From Styela clava (Eukaryota): 64,000 nucleotides of DNA. Below the pieces are notes generated by a model. That model made no database searches. It was not told the origin of the DNA and was given only the letters and a program-made list of their open reading frames with translations. Where the stretch lies: positions 17,980,001-18,044,000 of the forward strand of contig NC_135255.1 in NCBI RefSeq assembly GCF_964204865.1, in the 5' to 3' direction. Below, one piece after another: positions 23,001-36,636 of this stretch (the stretch's first letter is position 1; every line of letters begins with the position of its first letter). Both the position numbers and the translations under genes were made by a program.

Positions 23001-24845
23001 CGGACACACAACATGAAATCCGATATGAAAATACCCTATCTATCTCTTATACATTGCGGGAAGAATATTGGCCGCTAAACCATAAGAATATATATTTCAA
23101 TCTTGAGGTTAAAGGAATGTTTGAATTATTTCGTATGCCACCTGTGCTCTAACCACGTAGGAAAAAACGTCTTATCTGTCTTTTGTATTTCAAGAAGAAA
23201 AACGAGGATGGATAATAAGAATACATATTGCAATATCCAGGTTTGCTCGATAGAATGTTCCATGCTATTGCTATGATTTGGTTTAAAGGACAAGAATTTG
23301 TCGGTTTGACTTATCCCATGCAATTTTAATGCACCCCGATCCAAGCAACAAACATCCAGTTTACACGGGAGTTTTGTACCTTGCGACGCCAAGAAAGTTA
23401 CACACCCAACCCGCCCAAAAAATTTTGTAACGGATTTTTGACATGGAAAAAATAGTATGCCAATAGCGACCATAAATATCATTCTTTTCAAGGCGCCACA
23501 GCAGATTTAAAACCAAAAAATTTACTAATACCTCAACATTGTCACTAATGATATAAGTAAGGGTTTTGAATGTTAAACGTTTGACGACCGCCGCAAATGG
23601 TAACATGCATCGCAGCTGACGTCTAACGTTACGCTTGGCGTCGAATCTATGTATATGATTCATGTGAAGCGTGCTATGTTTGATTAGCTTACGTAGTAAC
23701 ATGCATTAGTAAACATGACGTTAGAATTAGTCTCGTTACGTTCTTGCGATGTTCGGAACAAAAAAAAATTCTTAAAATTTTGAATTTCACCGCTGCTTAT
23801 GACTCTTTCAATATCCAAATATTCTGAGAAAACGACTCAACAATGAGATAAATTATGACGTGAACAGTGGACCGATGACGCATGTTTACGCTAAATTAAA
23901 TCACCTTGATCAATTAAACATGAACTTACGGTTTGGGAAAAATTTTGGCAATATTTTAAATACAAATGATTAATTAACTGACATGACATTGAAATTGTAA
24001 TGAAATTTATTGAATTTGTCTAATAAAACATATTGTTTCCATATCGATGGATATATGGTCACAAGCACTGATTGAAGGGCGCCCCAGAAGTGTGCGGAGG
24101 TAACTAATTTTGTTCGCCTTCTTTATATCAAGTTGTGTAAAGGGACTGAAACCTATGGGCAGGGGGTCTATTTACTTGGCTAACACAGACAGACAGATTA
24201 AGGGATATTGTGATGTCATATAGACCGCAGATTTAATTTATTTCAAGAGCCACTACATAAGGTACTGCCGATCAAGTGCAATGTTTCAAGCGAAAACTTT
24301 TTTTGATAACTCAGGAATATCTCAAGAGTTGTATAACTATAGTAATAATGAGCAACGTTGCTTTGCATGGCATTAAAGGTGTTTTCCTAGTCTATCATGG
24401 AGCGTAAAGAAAATAGAAAAAGCACTTCAAATGAAGGCCAAAGAAAACTGAAATTCTTGTTTAATATTATTAACAGAAAAAACAGCAACAACGAGAAAAC
24501 ACTGCTCATATGAGCAAATAATAATCTTAGGATATTATAAGACAGAATTTAAATATTTATCCTGGGGGAGAAGAAACCCGATGAGACGGTTTAATGATAT
24601 GGCGAACCACGGCCTCTCGTCCGGTTACCAGTCCGTGTCGGGTATGGGATTAGTTAGCCAGCTATTTGTTTCCTAATCTTATTCAGAAATCCGAATCTGA
24701 CGTTACATGTTTTACAATGCTATGTAAAAGCAGCTACAAGTACGTAACGAGCGAGAAGTTTTAGATTTCCTTCGCAATTTTGACCAAACAGCGTATAACT
24801 ATAGAAAAATATACATGGTGTCCATAAAGTCTCTTTACAATTTTG

Positions 24846-24953
24846 GGACTCTGAAGTATGCGTACCAAGATGGCGCACAACCTGAACTCAAGTTGTGTAC
24901 CAGGTTAGGGTTCAGGTTATGCGACATCTTGGTTCGCATACTTCAGAAGCACC
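24846..24953. mobile_element. MITE family A, ~110-bp hairpin subtype (others 14239-14348, 20480-20592, 21645-21753), nested in a mariner-type MITE
   Basis: Palindrome gaagtatgcgtaccaagatggcgcacaacctgaa...; perfect TSD caattttg. Confidence 0.7.
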
Positions 24954-27919
24954 CAATTTTGTTATGAAGTCAGCTCTCAATATATCTTAACCAGGTTTGC
25001 TGTTTTTCATTCAGTTATTGTTCAAGTATTTTTACTTCACTTAAAATACATCTGTGAGGGCCAAAACAATATACGGTATCGATAAATTTCCTTTGCAACT
25101 TTAAAATTTTTTTCAAGACCTCATGGACGCCCTGTATTGCCAACCATATCAGATTCGATTATGGCCAATGTTGCAACATTAATAATAACTTATGATTTGC
25201 CAAGAAATTTAAAATGCGTCGATAGCTTCCGAATTGCCCTTTACTGGTTGTAATTAATGATAATAGTATGCAAATTAGGAAGAAATTTAATTTTGAACTA
25301 ACTTGGCATTCAAATGGATAAATCATTTTGAATTATTGATTAATATACTCGACCGCCTGTCGCAGTATTTAAGATAATTTAAAATTAATTGAAAAGACTG
25401 ATATTCTGTGGGAAAAAATATGGAAAAGTGCTACCGCGAATATGATAGGGCCAGTTTTGTATTAAAAAATTTGGATTTATACATGTTGTTCATAAAGTCC
25501 CGTTATAATTTCAATTTTGTTATGAAGTCAGTTCTCAATAAATCTTAACCAGGGCCATCTTGCCCGTTATTAAGTATTTAGCATTAGCGAATCGTTCATA
25601 TCTAGACATGCTTATAAGCTAATGTCGTCAGCCGCACCTTCACCTGCCTAGATTTGTTTATCGATACGACCTTATTACGTCACAATATTTCGTATTTTTC
25701 AAACTTTTAATCGACAATGGATCTTCAACAGAACAACTGTGTATTGTTTCGCAATAAAGAGGGCTATCAGAACAATGAGATTAAAGTTCTTCCTGGAACA
25801 GGGCGTCGCTTGATAAACAAAGATTGATAAATTATCAAACAAATATCTGAGGCAAAATTTTGTTATCGGGAAAAAAATATGCAAAAAAAAATAGCAAAAT
25901 TTATTATCGTGTGGTGTGAAACTTTAGATTTTTGATACTAAAAAGCTAGATTCTCAAAGTCACTTCCATACGCATGCCCTCAATTACCTTAAATCTTCAT
26001 TTACAATAAACAATATGGGTATAGCTATAACCTGATCTGATATGTTGTCTTCTATACCAAGAGAACGATTAATCACTATTTAAATGCGATGTCCATGTTT
26101 GAAATGAACGGGACTCGAAATGGCGATATTCGGATCAGTACTTTGCTGCAGCGAGTCCAACTTTCTATGGACAGAACAAGGTTATCCACCGCATTGATAT
26201 CTTTAGCACTAGTATTGACTATCAAATGGTTCGAATTTGTATTTAAACGACCATTACTAGGAAAGCTATTTCAGTAAGTATATATTGGTGATGCTATTTA
26301 CACACGAAGTACGACTTTATTGCCAATTGATAAAAAAAAATATGAACATCTTGGCAAATATGACTCTTATATTTTGCGCAGAGCAATTTTATGTTTATAT
26401 TATTTTCTTTGTATGTTAGATTGTTTTCATTTACTATTGAGCTAAATGGTCGTTAAGTGAATTTCTTCCGATTCTTCTGCTGATTTAAAATCGCTTGCAA
26501 CAAGCAATGCAAGTTTACACATCATAAATGGCATTTGAAAATTTTGAAATTCCTATTCACCGCTTCATCTTTGTATCCGTGGGTTTAGTAGATGATTAGC
26601 ATTAGTAAGAACTGTTAAATGTCTCTATTTGAATGACCGCCAAGGAGGATATTAAAGTCTGTCTGTAAATGGCATTTGCGCAGTACGACGTCCTTGCCGA
26701 ATCAAGAAGCATATTTTGGACGTCTTGTAGCCATATATTTTGCGTGAAGCAGTATCTTCATTTTTATATTACGTTCTTTGTTTTTGAAGTCATTTCCACT
26801 TCCTTTTAGGTTAATAGTCGCTTCAAGTGATTTTCTTGCTCCGATTTAAAATCGTTTACAGCTATCAATGCAAGTTTATACATTATAAATGTCACTGCAT
26901 CACATGCTGCCGTCACGAGACTTCGCGAGAAAATCCCGTCAATCTTTATCTCCGATAATTTTAGACTCAAATTTTCTTCCGTCGAAGATACGCCTAGAAA
27001 TGTTATCACATGTTTTGCAGCCCGCAAATAAGGCAATTAAAGTGGCGCCTCGTTTTTCTACATTCAAGCATGATTCGTATATATTTCACATCTAACAACA
27101 GGGCCCGAGCATGGCCAATACAAAGTTAAAACGATGGTTTGATAGATAAAGGTTTAAGCAACTTGCCCTGGAGTTATATCTCGAACGTGTTTGCGAATTT
27201 TTAGTGCGAAAAACCACATTTTAAAAACAAACTACAGTAAAGGTATTAATTAAAGTAAATTTTAAGCCTTAACGATTATATTTTCCATTCTCCTATCAAT
27301 CTTCGAAAGAGCAAACACTATTTTTACCAAGAATATGAACTTCATAAACAACAGTCGTAATAATCCTATTTGTGACGACATTTATCCAGATTTAGATTTC
27401 GTATACAATAAGGTACAATACGATAACATATTTTTCAAAAATGTATTCGTATGAATTAACTTAGCATTGAGTTTTCTTGGCGCATAACACGTTGAGAGGC
27501 TTAGAGGACAATATACGAAACCCCACTGATCACGAATATAAGCGTGTATATATATTATTATTGCTGGGTATTTTCGAATACCTGATGATTTCAGAAACTC
27601 ATTGAATTTTTTTTTTTTCGAATCGAATTTTTGTGTATTTAAAAAAATAAATTATTTCCACGACTCGGAACATTCGATTGTCTTTGTGAAAGCACCTGCT
27701 GCCTATAATTTAATTTCAAAATGATGCCGTATTGAATGTCCACATATTGGATCAATTATAATTTTACATCCGTCAAAACAGAAAGTCGTTATAATTAACA
27801 TTCATTTTCAGTTCAAAATTGTTTATTAATCAATTTTCAATACGGGTAAATAGATTGATATATAAGCATTTCGATTTATATGAATAATATGAATGCCAAC
27901 CATCCAAAAAAATTTAGAC

Positions 27920-29255
27920 CAGGGGTTTTCAAACTGTTATGAAGTCTGTGAAGAAGTTGAATATTATTTACGGAGCCCTGCAATAAATTTATAAAAATGG
28001 ACATTATCCATTGGTACTTGTCATAATGTCATATTTTAATTACCGCCTTGTTGCCACATTTCGACGCTACCGTTGTAAATTTTAATAATGACCTTTTAAT
28101 GCTTTTGTTGGACTTTAACAAAATAAGCCAAGTCAGTATTTTATTAAGTAAAAAAATAGAATTTTGTATGGTGCACTTCGAAAACTTATGACTTATGGCT
28201 TCAGGTAATGCCGAACTCGGAAGGATCTTGATCGTAAAAAACGTCGAATAAACAAAGTTTGTACAAAATCAATGAATAACTGCGAATTACTATATTATTT
28301 TCCGCATTTTTGAAAGTATTAAACTCCAAAGTTGCAAATTGTTTTAATATTTTGATAAATATTCTTTCAGAAATTTGACAGTTCAATTAATTGATCTTAT
28401 GAATTGGGTTTTTCCCCATCTTAATGAGCGGCAGACAAGTTTCGATTTTTGCTTGCAAACATAAATTACCATGTTTATGAGTTTGTATAAATTATTGGCG
28501 CGGATTGCAAAAAGATTTATAATAATTAATATTAATAAAAAATAAAAATTGAGAAATTGGAACAAGTTTAAGATAAATTTCCAAGTTGGTGATTCCAAAA
28601 ATTCGATTAAAAAAATTGTGCAATTGGAGCGGAATTCAAAAACAATTAAATCGCAGAATTCTGTTTTTTTTTGTGGGCGCGCGATGGACCATTGGCTAAA
28701 GCGTTACTAAAACAGAACGGTATAAAAATGATTGATTTCAATCAAAAAGCCATTGCAACTTTTTGGTTGAGCGTCACGGACAAATATGCATTGCTGTCAA
28801 AAAAAGCAATTAAAATGGTATTGCGTTTTATGTGCGGGGAAGCTTTTTCAGCTCTTACCAATATCCAATATGGTGACAAAATACAAGTGATAATTGCCGT
28901 AGAGTCGGACCTACGACTTTGCTTGTAACAAATTGCTCTAAAATGTAATAAATTGTGCAGTGAAAAGCAACCTCATCCCTCACATTAATGTCGTTTGTGT
29001 TGTAAGGTTGACGAGCAGTAAGGTTGTAAGCCTTTATGCATTATAAATTTGCTAAACGCGAAATCAATAAGAACTAATGAACTGGATGTTAACTCGAACA
29101 TACGCTACAACACGTCACTATATTACCGCCGCACATGGAAAGCAGGTATTTTATTATAATTGCATGGCAAAATGCATGAAAATTGAAGAAAAATCGCTTT
29201 CTGTGTCGGTCAGTCTGGAAATAGGCCACAAAATAATGAAGGTTGGAAATCATTG
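27920..29255 (+). mobile_element. Decayed hAT (Buster/Charlie-type) transposon with transposase remnant
   Basis: caggggttttcaaac... and ...aaggttggaaatcattg ends; internal hATC remnant. The TSD is not cleanly preserved. Confidence 0.6.
28730..28988 (+). pseudogene. hAT transposase C-terminal dimerization domain fragment (Buster/ZBED5/SCAND3-like)
   Basis: FWLSVTDKYALLSKKAIKMVLRF-MCGEAFSAL...VESDLRLCL*QIALKCNKLCSEKQPHPSH* matches the hATC pattern FW....YP.L...A...L.PF.TTYLCE.GFS.L...DLR..L...KQ.H.SH, with a deletion and a stop. Confidence 0.75.
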
Positions 29256-32200
29256 ATTCATAGATTTGAAGTCAGATTCATATTAAAATTGGTTGTTAGG
29301 GCTAAGATTTTTAATGGATACCCCCGTAGTATGTGTACCATGTTAAGCTATATTTTTATTTCGATTTTCCTTATTTTAGTTCTATTACGAGTTCGAGAAC
29401 TGTCTGTGTTAGCAAAGTGAATATTTACCCCCTGTCCATAAGTTTCAGTTCTTTTATACAACTTGGTGTAAGTAGGCGAACAAACTTAGTTACCTCCACT
29501 TCTAGAGCGCCTAACGTTCTTTATTATTGTAATAATAACAGAGTGGAAAATCTTTATAAACGTATAACACCGCTCTGAAACCGTTTATTTGCGATATTGT
29601 ACATTATCTAAACACATTGTCACGATCAATTGCGCGTTTGACAAGCGATTTACTGTTAAAAAAAAGGTTGAGTTTATATGGATTTGTACGTTCAATTATT
29701 TCTCTTAAATATATATATCGCGCTGTTTGGTTCAAATAATGTTGATATGGGGCCCATAGCAAGCCTTTATCATTAACTGACTGGATATTTTAATAAAATG
29801 TTAATATTACGTAAAATATCCCAAAATTGGTAAGAGAATCTGAAACTCTAAGATGAGGATGTTAGCAACGTTTATTCCCTTGTTAACCCGTTGGTAAATT
29901 TTGGGGGGTTATTTTAACAAATTTTAAAAGTTTAATTTACCCCAATTTTTGAATGAAAATTTGAGAAAATAATGCTTTGAACTGGACAGGCTCTTTCATT
30001 CTTAAAGCATAATAACGACTCTCACGCAACATATTACGTTACAACACTGACGTTGCAAATAACCTCCCAGAGGAGGGTGTGTGCAACATTTTTAGGCGAT
30101 GGGCCATATAACCAACTTCACACATCTAGCTGGACCACACAAATTTAGTTTTTCCAAGTACACAACGATTTAAAAAAGTCAAGATTCAACGCAGCGACAA
30201 GAGCAAAAAAACATTATGTTAGCCTTTTTAAACATAAACTGTCGTATTAGCATTTCATGCCCAATAGGAAAAAAATCTGAGTGTTGACAAGGACCACACT
30301 AAATGGCACGGCGGGTCCAGTTGGGGCCCGCGGGCCGCCTGTTGCACAGAACTGATCTAGATGCTCATTTATCTTGAAGTACTAAAATTTTGAAATTCGT
30401 TTGTCCGTTTGTTACAAGAATCGATTTTTTCCACCACCCCAATAATAAGAATACCAACAATAAAAATCTAGTCAAACGATTCATAGGTTCACTTCGTGCC
30501 CAAATAAATCGCTGAAAGTCCATTGATCACGCAGGCATTTTCAACATATATGGTGCCCATAAAGTCTTGAAATTTTTTTTAAATTGCAAAGGGAATTTAT
30601 CGATACCATATATTGTTTTGGCCCTCACAGATGTACTAAATTAGGTAAAAATACTTGAACAATTACTGATTAAAAACAACAATCCTGGTTGAGATATATT
30701 GAGAACTGACTTCATAACAAAATTGAAATTATGAACGGACTCTATGGGCCTGCATATCCAGCAATTGATAGTTCAGCTTCGGTATATTTTGTACACACAA
30801 ATTACCCATAATTAAAAACGGGTCTGCAAATTTCATAAACTTCACTAATTGTTTAACAGCGTTAAACATGCAACAAACAACTCTAGATATTTGCTAATAA
30901 CTGCATATCGACTCAAATTTCAACACGATTCCTGATCACAACACAGCAAGGTACTGTCACGATAAAAAGATTTGATTGTACTCATCGTACACAAACCTGG
31001 CATCATTAGAAAGTCTATTTTTAAATACAGTTCAATCATATAATTACAAATAGAATATTGTCGATTCATGTTTCATTCGAAATTAGGTCGATTCATCAGC
31101 CGAAGAATGCTACCTGCTATTATCACGATCTTTAATGATAGAATTATCTGTTCAGATTACGCGATACTAACTGCCAATCCTTCCTCAATAGCAGGAAGGC
31201 TGTAGCAGGAATAAACATGACCATACTATGCAAGTTTAGGCTCTGGGGTTCGGAATTTCAAGATAAGTATTCGAATTGAAATCGACATTGGATAAAACAG
31301 AAAGTGGATATTCGCCATAAACATACATATACTATTTTAATAACTGTCAGTTGGGGTTACGTGAAACTACCCCTCAATCCTTCCTCAGTGCATTAGCGCT
31401 AGTGGATCCTCATGTGTATAATGCAAGGCTGCTGTAGCAGAAATAAAAATGACCATAATATGCAATTCAAGAGTCCTGGTGCCCACGAACACAAACGTAT
31501 TTCTGTATTTCTGTAATGCATTTGTGTTAGTGTGCAGCACGACTCTTGAATTTCATAGTTTACTGATAGAAATGCGTTTTGGAAAAACAAAAGTGATGTT
31601 TTATACTTACTGAAAACTTTTTTTAGGCGAAAGTAACAGAAAATGTGAATTCATACATTTTACAAATGTTTCACATTCATCTTACAATCTTTGTTACTAT
31701 CTTTGATAATAGAAAAAATTTGTTTTTTAAAATAAAAAAAGTTGTTTTTGCTGGATTTTAGGGTGTATGGAACCTTTTTTATATGCGAAGTAACATAAAT
31801 TGTGTCTTTCCTCAGATAAATTAATTTTTGGTGCGATGGTTTTAATTTATGCAAAATTTCACAGTTAACTTCTGCTGCTGGGTCAAGCAATTTAAAATAT
31901 TAAGAATCGAAATCAACCACAAACTTAGCTATAGTCTGGAGATATAATAATATTCAGTTGAATTTTCAAACCAAGTTCGCAGACTTGGCAGATCACAGTG
32001 ACTTGGCGTTTTATAGATTTCGTAAGCTACCTAAGTATGGGTCTAGACATACAGATTTCTGTAATATGAAGTTGTAGAAAGCCCACATCAAAAATCACCC
32101 CCAGCGTACAAAAAATAAATATAAATTATCCAGTTCAGTCTAGGAATGCAGATTGCGCTAGAAATTCAAATTTTCAGATCATTTCTAACCCGAATGGATA

Positions 32201-35200
32201 ATTACTAATTTTTTTTTTTTAATTTTTTTTATCAAATCCTACATTTTTGCAATAGTGGCGGGGACTCTGTAGAAAAGATCGTCTAGAGTCTAGATAGGCT
32301 TTTATTTTAGTGTCGTAGGCTTATTTTTGACCCTTAGCTCAAATTTTCGAAGAAAAAACAAGATACAAGCCATGTTTTCCTTTTTCACCAAAATTGTGTG
32401 CTACTGTGGAAGTATATAGCATAGCGAAAAAATTTTGTCTAATCGGTGTCGCTCAGGCTCATTTGAAACTCAAGCCATATTGCAGCTTTTCAAATACTTA
32501 AGGCTAAATACTTAAAAAATACTGAAAAATACCAGTCGCGACGTACCGGAAGTTATGTCCGTATATGGTAACATGCGAATAATTTTTTGTCGGAAATTAT
32601 CGCCCGAGGCAAAGTTCCTTCGCAAAATTGGATTGCTTTAACTTGTTTGCTAAGTTTTACTTCGATAGTTTAAATTATAAAACTGTTCCGAAGAAAAAAG
32701 AAAAAATATGTTGACGGAAATTGTAAAGTTATCTCGATCTGATAACTCGAAATATATTTTGTGAATCATATAATAAATTAACGAAAAAAGGGTGCGGTGC
32801 TCTAGTGCAATGGCTTGTGGCACCTTTCCGGATGCTTTTAGCACTCGTTGACCCCTGTTTATCCTTTAAAAAAAACTGAAAACTATTTTAAAATTCTAGA
32901 GTTAAAACATAATAGTAGTATTACCAAATTACAGACATTTTTCCACAAAACATCTGATACAAATGTATTAGTATGTCAATATTAAATTAATACCTCAATT
33001 TTTAAATAATATATAAGAACTCCTACTTACATTTCCATGGTATGTGTATTCCTCCCGTGAATATGCGGCGCAACGATAATTAGATAGATTCCAGACTCTA
33101 TTTAATATAGAAACTAGCAAAATTCTAAATCCTATTGCTGAAAGAATCACCAGAAATATTCATTACAAATTAGCTAAGTTTGCGATAAGTGGGAGACTAT
33201 ACGGACACGCTATATTACTGGTATATTATTTATTACATCATAAAATGAAATTTCAAATAACCACTTAAATAGTCCAAAACTTAAAAAAAAAATCTGCAAT
33301 TATTTTATATTAAGTCGACTTCTAGTCTCTAGCCAATCTATCTTAATTTTAAACTCATAACAACTGTTTTCGGGAACCTTTGAAGGACACTTGGTATTCT
33401 AGCTATTCACTTGATCGGAAAAACTTGAAACTACATCAATAAAACGAATCAACTTTAATTATTAAACTGAATATCACAATTATTTAACTGAAAGCACATA
33501 TTCCAAAACCTAAATTTCTACATTTTTTCTGAAAATGCAAATGTTACACCTACACACAGTTTAGGAAGGTTCGTCTTATAATATACCTAAAGTTACGGTA
33601 TTCAAATTTATTTAAATTAAAAGATCTTGAATCTAGAATCTAAATTAGGAAGTTTCGCTTAACCCAAACACAGTCACGTAGGTAGTTAAAATAAAAATCG
33701 AAGCGGATGTGTTGTCCATGTAAGGCCCGTACACGAAAAAAATTAAATAAAAAGTATAAACAAGTGTAACTGTTTCAGGGAATTCTCATGGGCTTTGTTA
33801 TTGAAATATTCCAGAAAAGGATTTATTCGGGCAAATGAATAATGGATGTAAGACATTAATCTATAACACACGTTGAAATTGTCTCAGTCCAACTTGATCG
33901 AGCTGAATTGGTACTCCCGTAATATGTGAACCAGAGTAGGCCATAATTTTATTCCGATTTTCCTTATTTAAGTTCTATTACGAGTTCGGGGACTGCCTGT
34001 GTTAGCCAGGTGAATATACCCCCTGTCCATACATTTCAGTCCCTTTACACAACTTGATGTGAAGTAGGCGAACAAAATTAGTTACCTCTATATTGGTACA
34101 CATACTTCTGAACGCTGCTAAATTAACCCGCTAATTCTTCTGATATATACCTTTTTCTTAATTTCACGTGCAGGGAAAATCCGAATTTCCAAATTGTTGC
34201 ATTATTAATTAATATAGAACAAGGACAGAACGATTTTGCGTGAAAATAGAAGAAACAAAAATATTTTCAATTTCTTGAAATCAAAGTTATTTTCCTCAAT
34301 TTCATGCACGAAAACGGTGAAGTGTTGAAGTAACTTGAGTTCAAACAATGGACAATGGAAAAAGGAACAATGTGACAAACAATTACAAACGTTGCAAATA
34401 CCCATTATTGTACATGGTGTTCATAAAGTCTCTTTACAATTTCAATTTTGTGATGAAGTCAGTTCTCAATATATCTTAACGAGGTTTGTTGTTTATTAAT
34501 CAGTAATTGTTCAAGGTTTTTTTTTCTTTTTCATTTAATACACAACCTAAACTATGTATGGTAATAATGGTATCGATAAATTCCCTTCCTAATTTTAAAT
34601 TTATCCAAGACTTTATGGACACCCTCTATTATGAGTGGGGAGGGGGAGCCTAAAAATCGGAGTAAGGAAAAAGAGTAGCTATCATTTCTCTTCCAAAACA
34701 TGCCGCGAGCTACCAAAAATGCCAGATTTCTACGATTGCCCTTGTTAGTATTTTTATATATTAGAGCTTATCTTCAGAATTCTTTTTTACCTATAAATAC
34801 TATTGCTTCGACGCCACAAATTTCTACTTGAATAACGAACCACTTAGACAATTTTACCTAGACATATCCTAATAATGCGAGCAATATGCACGAATACTGA
34901 AGTTTAGCTGATGAACAATTTGCCCATTTATTTATGCATTGGAGTTGGTATAATTTGGATCGTGTCAATCCTCCCTCACCATGCACAATAACTCTGAATA
35001 TACTTAGCTAATGGTACGCACAACTTGCACTCAGCAAAGTCAAATATGTCCATATCTAGGTATTACAAAAATAAGTAAGTGGTGCTACGGAAGTATGTGT
35101 ACCAATATGGAAGTTACTAATTTTGTTTTTGCCCACTTTACATCAAGTTGTGTAAAGGGACTGAAACCTATGGGTGGAGGGTATATTCACTTCGCTAAAT

Positions 35201-36343
35201 CAGACAGTCCACGAACTCGTAATAGATACTAAAATATAGAAAATCGGAATAAAATTATGCCCTGATCCTAGCCTGATACATACACTACAGGAGTACCAAA
35301 TACGTTAGGAATAGTAGTAGAGCTTCATCGAATACAAAGTACTACACCTTATTTAACGATAACAACAAAGTCCTCCATGGTCGGGAAATTCTGTCCTGAG
35401 AGCTTCACTATACCAGTAATACAATGAACAATATGCGTTCACAATGTCTAGGAATTCATATATACCCGGGATGGAGTCTCCCATTCGCCTAGAAAACCGG
35501 TGTTTGGGGTTCATTGGAGCGAGAACCATTAATTTTGTGGCCATCACAAACTTAAAAAAAAACTGTTGTATTCACTCGTATCTAACTATCAATCGAGATA
35601 ATGAATATTACATTAGCGCGTTATATTCTTTACAAGTAAGACTTGAATGTTAAGCCATCGTTGGCTGTTATGGCCAAGTGTATTCATCTATATAAGGATT
35701 TTAAAATACTATTACACGAAAATGCGAGTTGAACTTAACATTTTTTAGTAAAGGTAAATAATACTCTTATATTCAGTTGAATAAATTTAGCAAAAAAAAT
35801 GTAAAAATAGATAGAATGAGTTTCAATACAAAACATTTCCGAATTAGAGAATTGAATTGTACACGTATAGGATTGACGTATGTTTTTTGTTTGCTTCGGA
35901 ATGCGGGAGAAATTACGGAAACAATATGAAGAGGTTTATGATATTATTGTATTTAAATTTCGGCGTTAAGGCCTAGCTATTTAGCACATTAGATCACTGT
36001 GGCAATTTCAAGATCTGGGGTTCACACTAGAGACGACCGATGATGTATCGGTTATCGGTATTCTCAATATCGGCCATTTTTCCGGTATCGGTATTTGTAT
36101 TGAATAAATGTAGATCAATATTTCCGGTCCATCCGGGTATTAATCTGATCCAGAATGTTTTAAAAAATAAGTTGGAATACGGACCGGTATCGGCAATTTC
36201 GGTTTGAGACTTGACCTACAGACCATTATCATGCAAAACCAACATAATAAGTCAAACGCTCTAATCAGCCATCGTGCCCATTTGAGGCGAAAATCGAAAA
36301 ACAATCGTCATCTTACATACGATTTATTTTATATTCTGTAGAC

Positions 36344-36636
36344 CAGTGGTTCCCAAAACGCGGTCCGTGGGCCAATTTCATCCCTCGAAACGATTTAAAA
36401 TGGCCCGCCGAACTTAAGTAAAATAGTTTAAAACACTTTATGTTTTTACCTTTTTACGTTCTGAATACCGCCAATTGTCTTTATCACAGTTTAGGCACGT
36501 GTATATTTGTACCAATTCAATTATACCGGTATCTGAATTATGAGTACCGGTACCGGCATTGGCCCTTTCCGGGCGCCCGCGAATTTTCCTCCCCTTCTAA
36601 TTTTAGCCCCAGGTCAATCAACTTTGGAAACTACTG
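36344..36636. mobile_element. hAT MITE (a related right end lies at ~62150-62318)
   Basis: cagtggttcccaaa...tttggaaactactg; perfect 8-bp TSD ctgtagac. Confidence 0.8.

Noticed and set aside
27583-27602. CTGATGA-tttca-GAAAC hammerhead-like core
   Set aside because: No real stem II or stem I; expected by chance in AT-rich DNA.
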